Source: a virus
Lineage: Duplodnaviria > Caudoviricetes
Strand: one strand, 5' to 3'
DNA length: 25,458 nt
IMG/VR virus record: IMGVR_UViG_3300037991_002334
Span: 1-25,458 of that record
Shown here: piece by piece, positions 1 through 9,600 of the stretch
Layout: each line of letters starts with the position of its first letter
Position numbering within the stretch: the first letter of the stretch is position 1
The notes under the pieces: generated by a model
Databases searched by the model: none
The model's input: only the letters and a program-made list of their open reading frames with translations
What the model was told of the DNA's origin: nothing
Translations under genes and position numbers: made by a program

Positions 1-5
1 AGGGC

Positions 6-965
6 ATGACTAATTCTTATCTCACTGTAGGAGATCGTGGCATACGTAAAATTCATATTGATGTTAATGACTATCTAAAAAATCAACTTCTTTTACGAGA
101 CTTTAGTGTAGAAGACGTAAGATCTAAAATGAGAGAAAAATCTATTCGTGATATGGCTGAATTTACAGCACACCAAGTTTCTAAAAATAAATTAAACTCA
201 TCATTTGCACAGACATCTCCAGGATCATATGGAAGAATACGTTCAACATCTGCTCCTCAACCACAAAGACCAGTAAATCCTATAGGTGAAATAAAAGGTA
301 TTACGAGAGTACAAACATTTAAGACTACAAGAGGTAAAGCAAAATATGATATTATACCTCCGGCTGAATATCTTACAAATATCAATGGAGTAATAACTCC
401 TAAGACACAAATTAATTATGGTACATCCATGGGTAAATTTATAGGTGGTAATGATACCGGTGATTTTAATAAAGTTGATGATAAAAATCAATTAGCAAAG
501 AATTATTTTATTCATTCCGAGCTTATTAAAACTGTCACATCATCTGGTCCACATCCTACTGCATTTGAAAATTATAGATTAGAAGTCGTTGAAGGATTCT
601 ATGCAAAAGAATTATACGGAATAGGAGCTCCAGGTAAACTAGAAGATGAAACATTAACTGGTGATGGGATATTAGATTTAAGAACAAAGGGCAGAGCAGT
701 AGTATATGAATTAGTTGATAAAGAAGGTAAAATAGATTTAGATGCTACTTATGATTTGGCCGCAGCTTGGGCTGAAGTAGGCTACTTTGATAAGCTTACA
801 CTAGATTATGACGTGTATGATCCAAGCGGAGTATTAAATGCACAACTCATTGTTGAAACACCAAACATCACATCATTCAACGATATACTGTTTAAACGTA
901 AAATAACAACTACCTTTAATAATACAGTGCAATCTAATGATGCATTAGTCGAAATAAAGTTATAA
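6..965 (+). CDS. Probable C-terminal part of a baseplate hub (gp5-like) protein with a degenerate peptidase M15-like domain; probably 5'-truncated by the window edge
   Basis: No stop codon upstream in frame within the window. Lies directly before gp25. Segments 'GRAVVYEL', 'FDKLTLDY' and 'AQLIVE' echo the M15 pattern HxxGxAxD / FDQLIxE / WxHxS but lack the His residues. Confidence 0.45.
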   Translation: MTNSYLTVGDRGIRKIHIDVNDYLKNQLLLRDFSVEDVRSKMREKSIRDMAEFTAHQVSKNKLNSSFAQTSPGSYGRIRSTSAPQPQRPVNPIGEIKGITRVQTFKTTRGKAKYDIIPPAEYLTNINGVITPKTQINYGTSMGKFIGGNDTGDFNKVDDKNQLAKNYFIHSELIKTVTSSGPHPTAFENYRLEVVEGFYAKELYGIGAPGKLEDETLTGDGILDLRTKGRAVVYELVDKEGKIDLDATYDLAAAWAEVGYFDKLTLDYDVYDPSGVLNAQLIVETPNITSFNDILFKRKITTTFNNTVQSNDALVEIKL

Positions 966-968
966 ATA
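961..968 (+). promoter_or_regulatory. T4-type late promoter (TATAAATA)
   Basis: Exact consensus 18 nt upstream of the gp25 ATG (987), overlapping the preceding stop codon. Confidence 0.8.
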
Positions 969-986
969 GATGAAAAAGGTTGAGAT

Positions 987-1424
987 ATGGCACGAGTAAG
1001 ATCATTTGAAGACGGTAATCTGAACAGTACTATTCGTACATCTAGATTACAAAACTTCTCTGATATTGACTTGCTTTTTGATAAAAAGCCAAGTGGTGAC
1101 ATATACAAAAAAACTGATGCGGCAGCAGTAAAGCAATCAGTTAAAAATATTATATCAACTAATCTATTAGAGAAACCATTCTTAAGTGATTATGGTGCTA
1201 ATATAACAGGTATGTTATTTGAACTTGCACAAGGTGGTGCAACCTTTAGAATAAAAGAACAAATTAAAAACTCATTATTTAAATACGAGCCGAGAGCAGA
1301 AATATTAGACATAGATTGTAGACCTATGGAAGATGAAAATTCTTTGTATGTTCAGGTTGTATTCACAGTGGTAAGTACGCGAGAAGAAGTGAGCGTTGAA
1401 ACCACGCTATCGAGGTTAAGGTAA
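987..1424 (+). CDS. gp25: Baseplate wedge subunit gp25 (GPW/gp25 family)
   Basis: 'AVKQSVKNIISTNLLEKPF..DYGANI..MLFE' and 'YEPRAEI' are gp25 signatures; 145 aa; immediately precedes gp6. Confidence 0.92.
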   Translation: MARVRSFEDGNLNSTIRTSRLQNFSDIDLLFDKKPSGDIYKKTDAAAVKQSVKNIISTNLLEKPFLSDYGANITGMLFELAQGGATFRIKEQIKNSLFKYEPRAEILDIDCRPMEDENSLYVQVVFTVVSTREEVSVETTLSRLR

Positions 1425-3248
1425 ATGACAACAACTATTACATCTACAGAATTAGACTTTAATGCAATTAAGAATAATCTAAAAGCATCTCTTGCTAATA
1501 GTACAGAGTTTGCAGATTATAACTTTGAAGGATCGGGATTATCTAATCTTCTCGATGTGTTAGCAACTAACACTCATATGAATGCATTAGTAGCAAACAT
1601 GGCACTCAATGAATCATACTTAACAACTGCGCAATTGAGATCATCTGTTGTATCTCTTGCCGAAGGTATCGGTTATATTCCGTCTTCGAAGGTTGCAGCA
1701 CAAGCAACTGTAAATTTAAGTATTAATACTGGCGCTTTGGCCGGTCGACCACAAATTGTTACATTACCTCGAGGCACTAAATTCAATTCAACTGTTAATG
1801 ATGTAAATTATACATTTGAAACTATTGCTACAGTAACAGCCGAAGATGACGGCTTCGGTTTATATCAATTTAAAACAGTTGATGGTGATACTAATATTGT
1901 AATCAAAGAAGGAGTATCCACGACTAAAACTTTCTTTGTAACAGAAAACTCAATAGATTCTGTATATGTTATACCAGATCCTGATATTGATATTACAACA
2001 GCTGTTGTTGAGGTATTTGATGACGCAACATCATCATTCTTCGAAACTTATATTAATTTAAAAGATGCAGATACAATTGATGATACTACTAAACTGTATA
2101 TTTTACGAGAAGCTCCGAATGGATTCTTTGAATTATCTTTTGGTGATGGAAACACATTAGGTAAAGCTCCATCAGCAGGTAATAAGATTGTTATTAATTA
2201 TTTGTCTACTAGTGGACCTGATGCTAATACAGCTGATAATTTTAGTCCTGTTAATCAAGTTACAGTTTTATCAAACAATTATACTCTATCAGTAACTACT
2301 AATACAAAAGCACAAGCTGGTTCTTTATTAGAAACAGTTGACTCTATTCGTAAAAATGCACCATTCTCTTATGCTTCTCAAAACCGTATGGTTACAGCGG
2401 CTGATTATAGTACATTAATAAAAAGAAATTTTGGTCATCTTATAAAAGATATACAAGCATTTGGTGGCGAAGATGCATTAAAACCAGAATTTGGAACAGT
2501 TTTTATTTCGATAGAATTTAAGAGTACATTAACACAAGCTGTTGTAGATGCAGCAAAAGCTGATATTCTTTCTCTTGCTAAACAGTTATCGGTTATCTCA
2601 TTTAATCTAAAATTCGTAGATCCGGATAAAACATTTATTGAGTCACAAGTCTTATTTCAATTTAATCCTAAATTCACATCGTCATCTCTTCAAGAGATTC
2701 AGGACCGTGTTGAAACATCGGTTAGAAATTACTTTGCAAATAACACAGGACTATTTGGCCAATCATTCCGTAGATCTAATTTGCTCACTGAAGTTGATGC
2801 GGTATCTACTGCGGTTCTTTCGTCACGTGCATCATTATTGATGCAAAAACGTTACATACCAACATTAGGATCTAATGATTCAGTAGAGCTAAGATATGTT
2901 GCAGCAATTTCAGAACCTGAAGAAGAATCATTTGTTATTACATCAAGTGGATTTTTTCATAAAGGTACACCATGTGTAATAAGAAATAAACTAAATGATT
3001 ATAAACTACAATTAATTAGTACGGATGATAATTCAATACTCGTTGATAATGTGGGTAGTTATGCTCCATCTACAGGAATAGTAAATCTCGTAGGACTTCA
3101 AGTTGATAGTATTATCGGTGGCGCCTCATACATTCAGATTAAAGCAGTACCTGCTAATCAATCAGCAATCGATCCAGCTCGTAGTGATTTAATTGTTTAC
3201 GACGATGGACCATCATTTGTTCAGGGTCTAGTAACAACGGCAAGCTAA
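1425..3248 (+). CDS. gp6: Baseplate wedge subunit gp6
   Basis: 'LDFNAIKNNL..FADYNFEGSGLSNLLDVLA', 'ESYLTTAQLRSSVVSLA..IGYIP', 'FGDG..GK' and 'QNRMVTAADY'; 607 aa. Confidence 0.93.
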   Translation: MTTTITSTELDFNAIKNNLKASLANSTEFADYNFEGSGLSNLLDVLATNTHMNALVANMALNESYLTTAQLRSSVVSLAEGIGYIPSSKVAAQATVNLSINTGALAGRPQIVTLPRGTKFNSTVNDVNYTFETIATVTAEDDGFGLYQFKTVDGDTNIVIKEGVSTTKTFFVTENSIDSVYVIPDPDIDITTAVVEVFDDATSSFFETYINLKDADTIDDTTKLYILREAPNGFFELSFGDGNTLGKAPSAGNKIVINYLSTSGPDANTADNFSPVNQVTVLSNNYTLSVTTNTKAQAGSLLETVDSIRKNAPFSYASQNRMVTAADYSTLIKRNFGHLIKDIQAFGGEDALKPEFGTVFISIEFKSTLTQAVVDAAKADILSLAKQLSVISFNLKFVDPDKTFIESQVLFQFNPKFTSSSLQEIQDRVETSVRNYFANNTGLFGQSFRRSNLLTEVDAVSTAVLSSRASLLMQKRYIPTLGSNDSVELRYVAAISEPEEESFVITSSGFFHKGTPCVIRNKLNDYKLQLISTDDNSILVDNVGSYAPSTGIVNLVGLQVDSIIGGASYIQIKAVPANQSAIDPARSDLIVYDDGPSFVQGLVTTAS

Positions 3249-3249
3249 T

Positions 3250-4257
3250 ATGAGTAACTTAGATAAAACATTACGAGATATAAACCGACGCGCGATATCG
3301 GTAAATGAAAAGAAGAACATTGATAATGTTCTCCCTGAATATTTTCATGACGAGTATCCAAAGTTTAGTAAGTTTATTGAAGAATATTATCATTTTCATG
3401 ATAGCGATGATTCACCAGCTAAGTTAGTTGATGACCTATTTCTCAATAGAGATATTAGACAAGTAGATATAGATTTATTATCATTTATTGAAGACGAATT
3501 ACTTTTAGGTCAACAATATTTTGAAGGATTTCAAAACAAAAGAGCTGCGGCAAACTATTCAAGTACGTTGTACAAATCAAAAGGTACTAAGTATAGTATT
3601 CAACAATTCTTTAGAGTTTTTTATAATATTCCGGTTGAAGTAGAATACACAAAAGAAAATGTTTTTATTGTAGGTAATGTACATGATTTAGAACAAGAGA
3701 AAGCAAATCAAAACGCTGGCATTACACCATATGCACCAGTGATAAATATTTCTGCATCTAAGATTGGTCCTGACTCACGTAGATTTCTTACTAACGATAG
3801 ACTATATCAGCAATATGCTTTGCTTATTAAAACTGCCTTACCATTAGAAACATGGAAAGACATATACAAATTATTTGTACATCCAGCAGGCATGTTTCTT
3901 GGTGCTGAAGTTCAAATTATTAGTGAAGTACTAAACCCATATGTTGGAATGCCGGATGGTATTGCGGATTCTTCATTCCCAATAACAGAAGGTACTGCTG
4001 TTGCTGCAATGGATCCTATACAACTTTCTTACGCTGTATTTCAGGATGTTGGACAATCATATACAACAGTTCCTTATCAATTAGGGCAGCTTGCAGGATT
4101 CACAATGTTTCAACTAGGACAAACATTTGATGCGTTAGTAGATATGCTTGATCCTGGTTCACAAACATTTGATGAAGATAGTGCAATTGGTGATAGTTCA
4201 TATCCAAGGTTCGATATTGCTGAGACAATGATTAATTTCAGTACAGATCATTTTTGA
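3250..4257 (+). CDS. Short gp7-like baseplate wedge protein
   Basis: 'LPEYFHDEYPKFSKFIEEYY', 'YKSKGTKYSIQQFFRVFYN' and 'YKLFVHPAGM' match the gp7-like protein that follows gp6 in marine T4-like phages. Confidence 0.7.
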   Translation: MSNLDKTLRDINRRAISVNEKKNIDNVLPEYFHDEYPKFSKFIEEYYHFHDSDDSPAKLVDDLFLNRDIRQVDIDLLSFIEDELLLGQQYFEGFQNKRAAANYSSTLYKSKGTKYSIQQFFRVFYNIPVEVEYTKENVFIVGNVHDLEQEKANQNAGITPYAPVINISASKIGPDSRRFLTNDRLYQQYALLIKTALPLETWKDIYKLFVHPAGMFLGAEVQIISEVLNPYVGMPDGIADSSFPITEGTAVAAMDPIQLSYAVFQDVGQSYTTVPYQLGQLAGFTMFQLGQTFDALVDMLDPGSQTFDEDSAIGDSSYPRFDIAETMINFSTDHF

Positions 4258-4270
4258 TCCGAAAAAAATG

Positions 4271-4278
4271 TATAAATA
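4271..4278 (+). promoter_or_regulatory. T4-type late promoter (TATAAATA)
   Basis: Exact consensus in the 48-nt intergenic gap, 27 nt upstream of ATG 4306. Confidence 0.85.
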
Positions 4279-4305
4279 GTGGTAACTAATTTAAAGAGAT
4301 AAAAC

Positions 4306-5295
4306 ATGGCTAGACAAAATATTAATACTGGTACAACCGCTAATGACGGTACAGGTGACTCATTACGCCAGGCAGGTAATAAGATAAATCAAAATTTCCA
4401 AGAATTATATACTATGCTTGGTGACAGCGACGTAATATCGCCGTATCTAATTATCGATTCTGATGCTATTATTTTTAATGGAGATAGTATTAATGTTCAT
4501 AAAACTCATTTAAAAGTAGTTGATCCTACTCAGACTAATGTTATTACTTTTCCAGATTCAAGTGGTACAGTATCATTAACAGGTAGTACTCAAACGTTAA
4601 CGAATAAAAGTCTTGACTCTGCGGAACTAAAATTTCCTTCAATTAAAGATAATGATTCTAGTCATAACTATGAAATTGTTCCAGGTGCATTAACAGCAAA
4701 TCAAAAATTATTCATGCCAGCTTTGACTGATAGTGATTCATTTGTATTTGCAAAAACAGCTCAAACTTTAACTAATAAAACATTAGATTCTGCTACAGCA
4801 AATAATGTTAAAGTAAATAAAGTACTCGATACAAATGGAGCAACTATAAATCAATATACAACAGTAGCTAGTGCAGTTAATTTTATAGATGTTAATAATG
4901 AAGCAACTGGTAATCCTCCAGCAATAAATGCTAATGGATCTGATACAAATGTAACTTTACAATTAGCTGCTAAAGGAACAGGTGGTATAGAGCTTCATTC
5001 TCGTATGATTGCCAATAGTGAAACTTTAACACAAGGTCAATTAACAGCTGATCCAGCAGTCGATCTAGGTGTACCACTTACAATTTTTAATTCCGCTGTA
5101 GCTAAAAATGCTACTCTTGCAAACGGAGCTCAAGTAGGAGAAATAAAATATTTTGTTAATAGAGGCGCTGGTACAATAACACTAACGCCCGGAAGTTTAG
5201 CCAGTGGTACAAGTGTTAGCTTCACAGAGCACGATGCCGGATTTATGATATGGACCGGCGTGAATTGGCACTTAGCATCGAAAACTCAGGCTTAA
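4306..5295 (+). CDS. gp9/gp10-like baseplate/tail-fibre connector protein
   Basis: N-terminus 'RQNINTGTTANDGTGDSLRQAGNKINQNFQELY' matches the T4 gp9/gp10 N-terminal motif; two internal 'QTLTNKxLDSA' fibre-type repeats. Confidence 0.75.
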   Translation: MARQNINTGTTANDGTGDSLRQAGNKINQNFQELYTMLGDSDVISPYLIIDSDAIIFNGDSINVHKTHLKVVDPTQTNVITFPDSSGTVSLTGSTQTLTNKSLDSAELKFPSIKDNDSSHNYEIVPGALTANQKLFMPALTDSDSFVFAKTAQTLTNKTLDSATANNVKVNKVLDTNGATINQYTTVASAVNFIDVNNEATGNPPAINANGSDTNVTLQLAAKGTGGIELHSRMIANSETLTQGQLTADPAVDLGVPLTIFNSAVAKNATLANGAQVGEIKYFVNRGAGTITLTPGSLASGTSVSFTEHDAGFMIWTGVNWHLASKTQA

Positions 5296-5305
5296 GGATA
5301 GATAA

Positions 5306-6652
5306 ATGCCCGCAATAATTACAGATAATTTTAAAAGACGCGTTATCGATACTCTTATTAACGATGTTGACAGTACAGGTGTAAACTATCATGTCGGAGT
5401 CGGTAAGTCAGAACCTTACGATTCAGCTGATGCAGTTGTTACACCAGTACAAAACATTCGTGAAATACGAAATGCGCAATTAGCAATGCAGTCTGTAAAA
5501 ATCATTACAGACAAATCATTTGTTGTACCTAGATATAATTGGTCTAAAGGTACAATATATTCAGCGTGGGATGATAATATTACAACATATCCTGCACAAC
5601 CTTTCTATGTGTATACAGATGAGCAGTATGTTTACGTGTGTTTGGAGCAAGGCAGAAATGCGGCGGGGCAAGCTGTCACTTCAACAGTTAAACCGACTGG
5701 AACTGGAGATCATATAATCACAGCAGATGGATATACATGGAAATTCTTATATTCAGTAGGCGCTTTAAGAGAAAATAAATTTCAGGCATCAAACTATATA
5801 CCAGTCACTAAAGTATTGAGTGTTGATTCATCTACTTCATTAGATCTATCTACTCAGTATAATGTTCAACAAAATGCAACACCTGGTCAAATTGTTGGTT
5901 ATAGAGTTACAAATACTGGTTCTGGATATACTTCAGCTCCAACGGTCACTATTACAGGTAATGGTACAGGCGCTAAAGCTACGGCATTTATTAACGGTGG
6001 TTCAGTTTCTAAGATTGAAATGGCAGAATCATCTGGCTTAAAAGTATTTGGTACAGGATATGACTTCGCGAATGTTACAATAACTGGCGGAGGTGGATTA
6101 AACGCAACAGCAGAACCTATTATATCATTTAAAGGTGGGTTTGGTGCAGATCCTAGAGACGATTTAAAGTCTACGGCCATTATGTTTAATGTGAAACCAG
6201 ACGGTGATGAAGATAGTGACTGGGTTGTAGATAATGATTTTAGACAAATCATGTTAATACGTAATATTAAAGATTCGGCAAATGGAACAATATTTACAGG
6301 TAACACTGGATCGACATTAAAAAGAATGGATATTAATAATATTAATAACGCTTTCACACGAGACCAAACAATAGTAGGTGCTACATCAGGTGCAAAAGCC
6401 GTAATTGATAATATAGATCCTGATTCACTTTATTATCATCAAAATGAAACTACAGGATTTGGTACATTTCAAAATGGTGAAATTATAAACGAACAAAACG
6501 CAAACGGACAAGCAACTATTGTTACTGCTAACGTAGCTGCCGCTAGAGATTGTGATCCTGCTACAGGACAAATTCTCTATATAGATAATAGAGCAGCTAT
6601 TACAAGATCTAATGATGCTTCCGAAGATATTAAAATAATTATTCAGCTTTAA
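5306..6652 (+). CDS. gp8: Baseplate wedge subunit gp8
   Basis: 'PRYNW..GTIY', 'FYVYTDEQYVYVCL', 'DGYTWKFLY' and C-terminal 'GQILYIDNRAAITRS..EDIKIIIQL'; SD GGA upstream. Confidence 0.88.
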   Translation: MPAIITDNFKRRVIDTLINDVDSTGVNYHVGVGKSEPYDSADAVVTPVQNIREIRNAQLAMQSVKIITDKSFVVPRYNWSKGTIYSAWDDNITTYPAQPFYVYTDEQYVYVCLEQGRNAAGQAVTSTVKPTGTGDHIITADGYTWKFLYSVGALRENKFQASNYIPVTKVLSVDSSTSLDLSTQYNVQQNATPGQIVGYRVTNTGSGYTSAPTVTITGNGTGAKATAFINGGSVSKIEMAESSGLKVFGTGYDFANVTITGGGGLNATAEPIISFKGGFGADPRDDLKSTAIMFNVKPDGDEDSDWVVDNDFRQIMLIRNIKDSANGTIFTGNTGSTLKRMDINNINNAFTRDQTIVGATSGAKAVIDNIDPDSLYYHQNETTGFGTFQNGEIINEQNANGQATIVTANVAAARDCDPATGQILYIDNRAAITRSNDASEDIKIIIQL

Positions 6653-6663
6653 CGGTGTAACGA

Positions 6664-9600
6664 ATGCCCAATACATTTAACAAAAATACTTTTGCTACAA
6701 CTTATAAAGACGATTGGGTTGATAGTGCAAACTATCATCGCATTCTCTTTAATTCAGGACGGGCACTTCAAGCACGTGAGCTAACGCAAATGCAAACAAT
6801 TACCCAGGCTGAAATAGGTCGTTTGGGTAAACACTTATTTAATCAAGGCGCTGCGGTTAATCCTGGTTCAGTTGTTGTAAATAATGCATATGAATTTGTA
6901 AAGCTTCAAGATGCAACATTACCATCTGGTACATGGGTCGGAACATATCTGACTTCTGGTACTAATTCTATTGGTATGCAAGTTCTCGAAGCAATAGCGG
7001 GATCTGGTTCTGATCCTGTCACATTATTTGTTCGATATACTGGAACAAGCGGTGGAACTGCTGGTACGATTCCTGTTCGTGTTTCTGCAGGGGAAACATT
7101 GACAGGTGGACCGGCAACTGTAACTGTACAATCAACAGATACTATTGCTAATCCAGCAACAGGTCAAGGTACGAAAGTATCGATTGCATCTGGTGATTTC
7201 TTTGCAATAGACAGATTTGTATTTGCAAAAGAACAAAGTTTTATTCTTTCTAAATATACAAATAATCCTGATGCCACAATCGGATTTAAAGTATTAGAAG
7301 ATATTATTACTACATCAGATACAAATGCTCTATTCGATAACCAAGGTGCATCGCCAAATACATCTAGTCCAGGTGCTGATCGTTATCGTATTAGATTAGA
7401 AATTGCAGACGAAGCAGATTTAAATAGCGATGATAACTTTGTATATGTTGCAAAAATCAGAGCAGGTAAAATTGCCACACAAGTTACAGGCGTAGAAGAT
7501 TATAATAAAGTAAATGATATTCTTGCTTTACGTACAACAGAGGAATCAGGTAATTATATTGCTCAAAAATTTGATTTAACTTTTGAAACAGATGATTCAG
7601 ATGCAACTAAATTAAATTTTAATATTAGTCGAGGCGTAGCGTATGTTGATGGTTATAGATCTATTGTAGATGTTCCAAAATCATTACCAGTTGCTAAGCC
7701 ACGTACTACTATAGCATCTAATAATAACGTTGTATCTGTCGATTACGGTAATTATGTAAAAGTCTATGGTAACAATAACCGTAGTATACCAGATTTTGGT
7801 GTATTTGAAACAGTCAATTTACGTACTAATACAGGTCATGGTGGTTCAACAATTGGTACAGCTCGCGTAAGAGCAATTGTAGAAGATGGTTCTAATTATA
7901 AACTATATCTTTTCGATGTTAAAATGAATGCTGGTGTAAACAAGCAAACCACAAGATCTATTGGTACAAGTAGTAGTAATTATTTTAATGCCATCATAGA
8001 AAATTCTCAGGTTAGATTTTATGACACTAACGATGATACTCTTTTATTTCCGTTACCAGCAGGACGTCCACAATCGGTAACTGATATTTCTCTTACTGTT
8101 CAACGAATACAGAAAAATCTAACATTAGACGGATCTGGAAATGGTTCGCTTACAAACCTTACAACACCAGGTGAAACATTTGCCGATCAAGATTTATGGG
8201 CAGCTTCATCAGCCGCCGCTTCTGCATATGCTCCAACAATTGTATCTGGCGGTAATGCTAGTACATCAGCTCAGATAGGTGGTGGTCCAGCAAGTACAAA
8301 CGTTAATGTTGCATTCTATGTAAACAAAGCAAACGGTTCTGTAAGAAATAAAGTTTTAACAGAAACTACTGAAACAGTAACTCCTGATGGATCTACAGGT
8401 AATGTACAATTACAAAACGTAGACATCTATGAAATTATACGTATGACTAACGTTGATTCAGATGGATCTAGCGTTCTAAATCGTTATACACTTGATAACG
8501 GCCAACGCGATACAATGTATGATCGTGGTAAAATGGTTAAGAAAACAGGCCAATCAACACCCGGTAATGATGTCTTTGTAAGATATAAGTACTTTGCTCA
8601 TGGTGCGGCCGGTGATTTCTTTGCTGTAAATTCTTATACAGGTCAAGTAGATTATAACGATATTCCAACATATACAACCACAGCGGGCACTAATTTTGAA
8701 TTACGCAACGTAATAGATTTTCGCTCGTCTGTTAATACCTCTGGTACCTTTAGTGGTGGTAATGCAAGAATTAATGAATTACCACGTGACGCTGATACTG
8801 TACAATTTGACGTATCTTATTACCAAGGTAAAAATGCAAGAGTAATTATCGATCGGTTTAATAATGTATCGGTTCTTGAGTCAGAACCAGATCTAGTCCC
8901 CCAGTTCCCCCCAGTACCTGCTAACAGCATGGAACTATATCGCGTTGAAATGAATCCTTATACGATTCATGACTCTGACCTATCAAAAGAACGAGTACCT
9001 GCTAAACGTTATACAATGGCAGATATTGGTAAATTAGAAAGTCGTATCGATAATCTAGAAGAAGTAACAGCTCTTAATATGTTAGAGCTAGAAACAGACA
9101 CACTAGCTGTCTTAGATGCTTCCAATAACTCTCGACTAAAATCAGGTTTCTTTGTAGATAACTTTGCAGACCAATCACGTTCATTTACTGAAGATCCGGC
9201 ATATCAAGCCGGTATAGATCTTGTAGAAAAACATGTACGTCCATGGCAAGCGCAGAACAGTATATTCTTAAAATATGATTCTGATAAATCTACAAACACT
9301 GTTTTAAAAGGTGATACTGTTTATAAGAAATATAGCCATACGACTTATATATCACAAACACTTGCTACAGAAACTGAGAACATCAACCCATTTGCGGTTG
9401 TTATAAACGAAGGTCTACTAGAGTTATCACCTACTTCAGATAGTTGGGTTGAGCGTAAGTATCTTGCAGATAAAGATAATCCACAACAAACTAGGGTTGT
9501 TCCTTCAACAACTCAACGGCCGTTCTTGTTTAATGATTTTATATTTAACTGGACTGGTCAACAAGTTAATTTGCGTATGGGACAACAAGTTGGTACACGT

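Noticed and set aside
8898-8912. C-rich tract CCCCCAGTTCCCCCC
   Set aside because: Explained by Pro codons (VPQFPP); the reading frame is intact.
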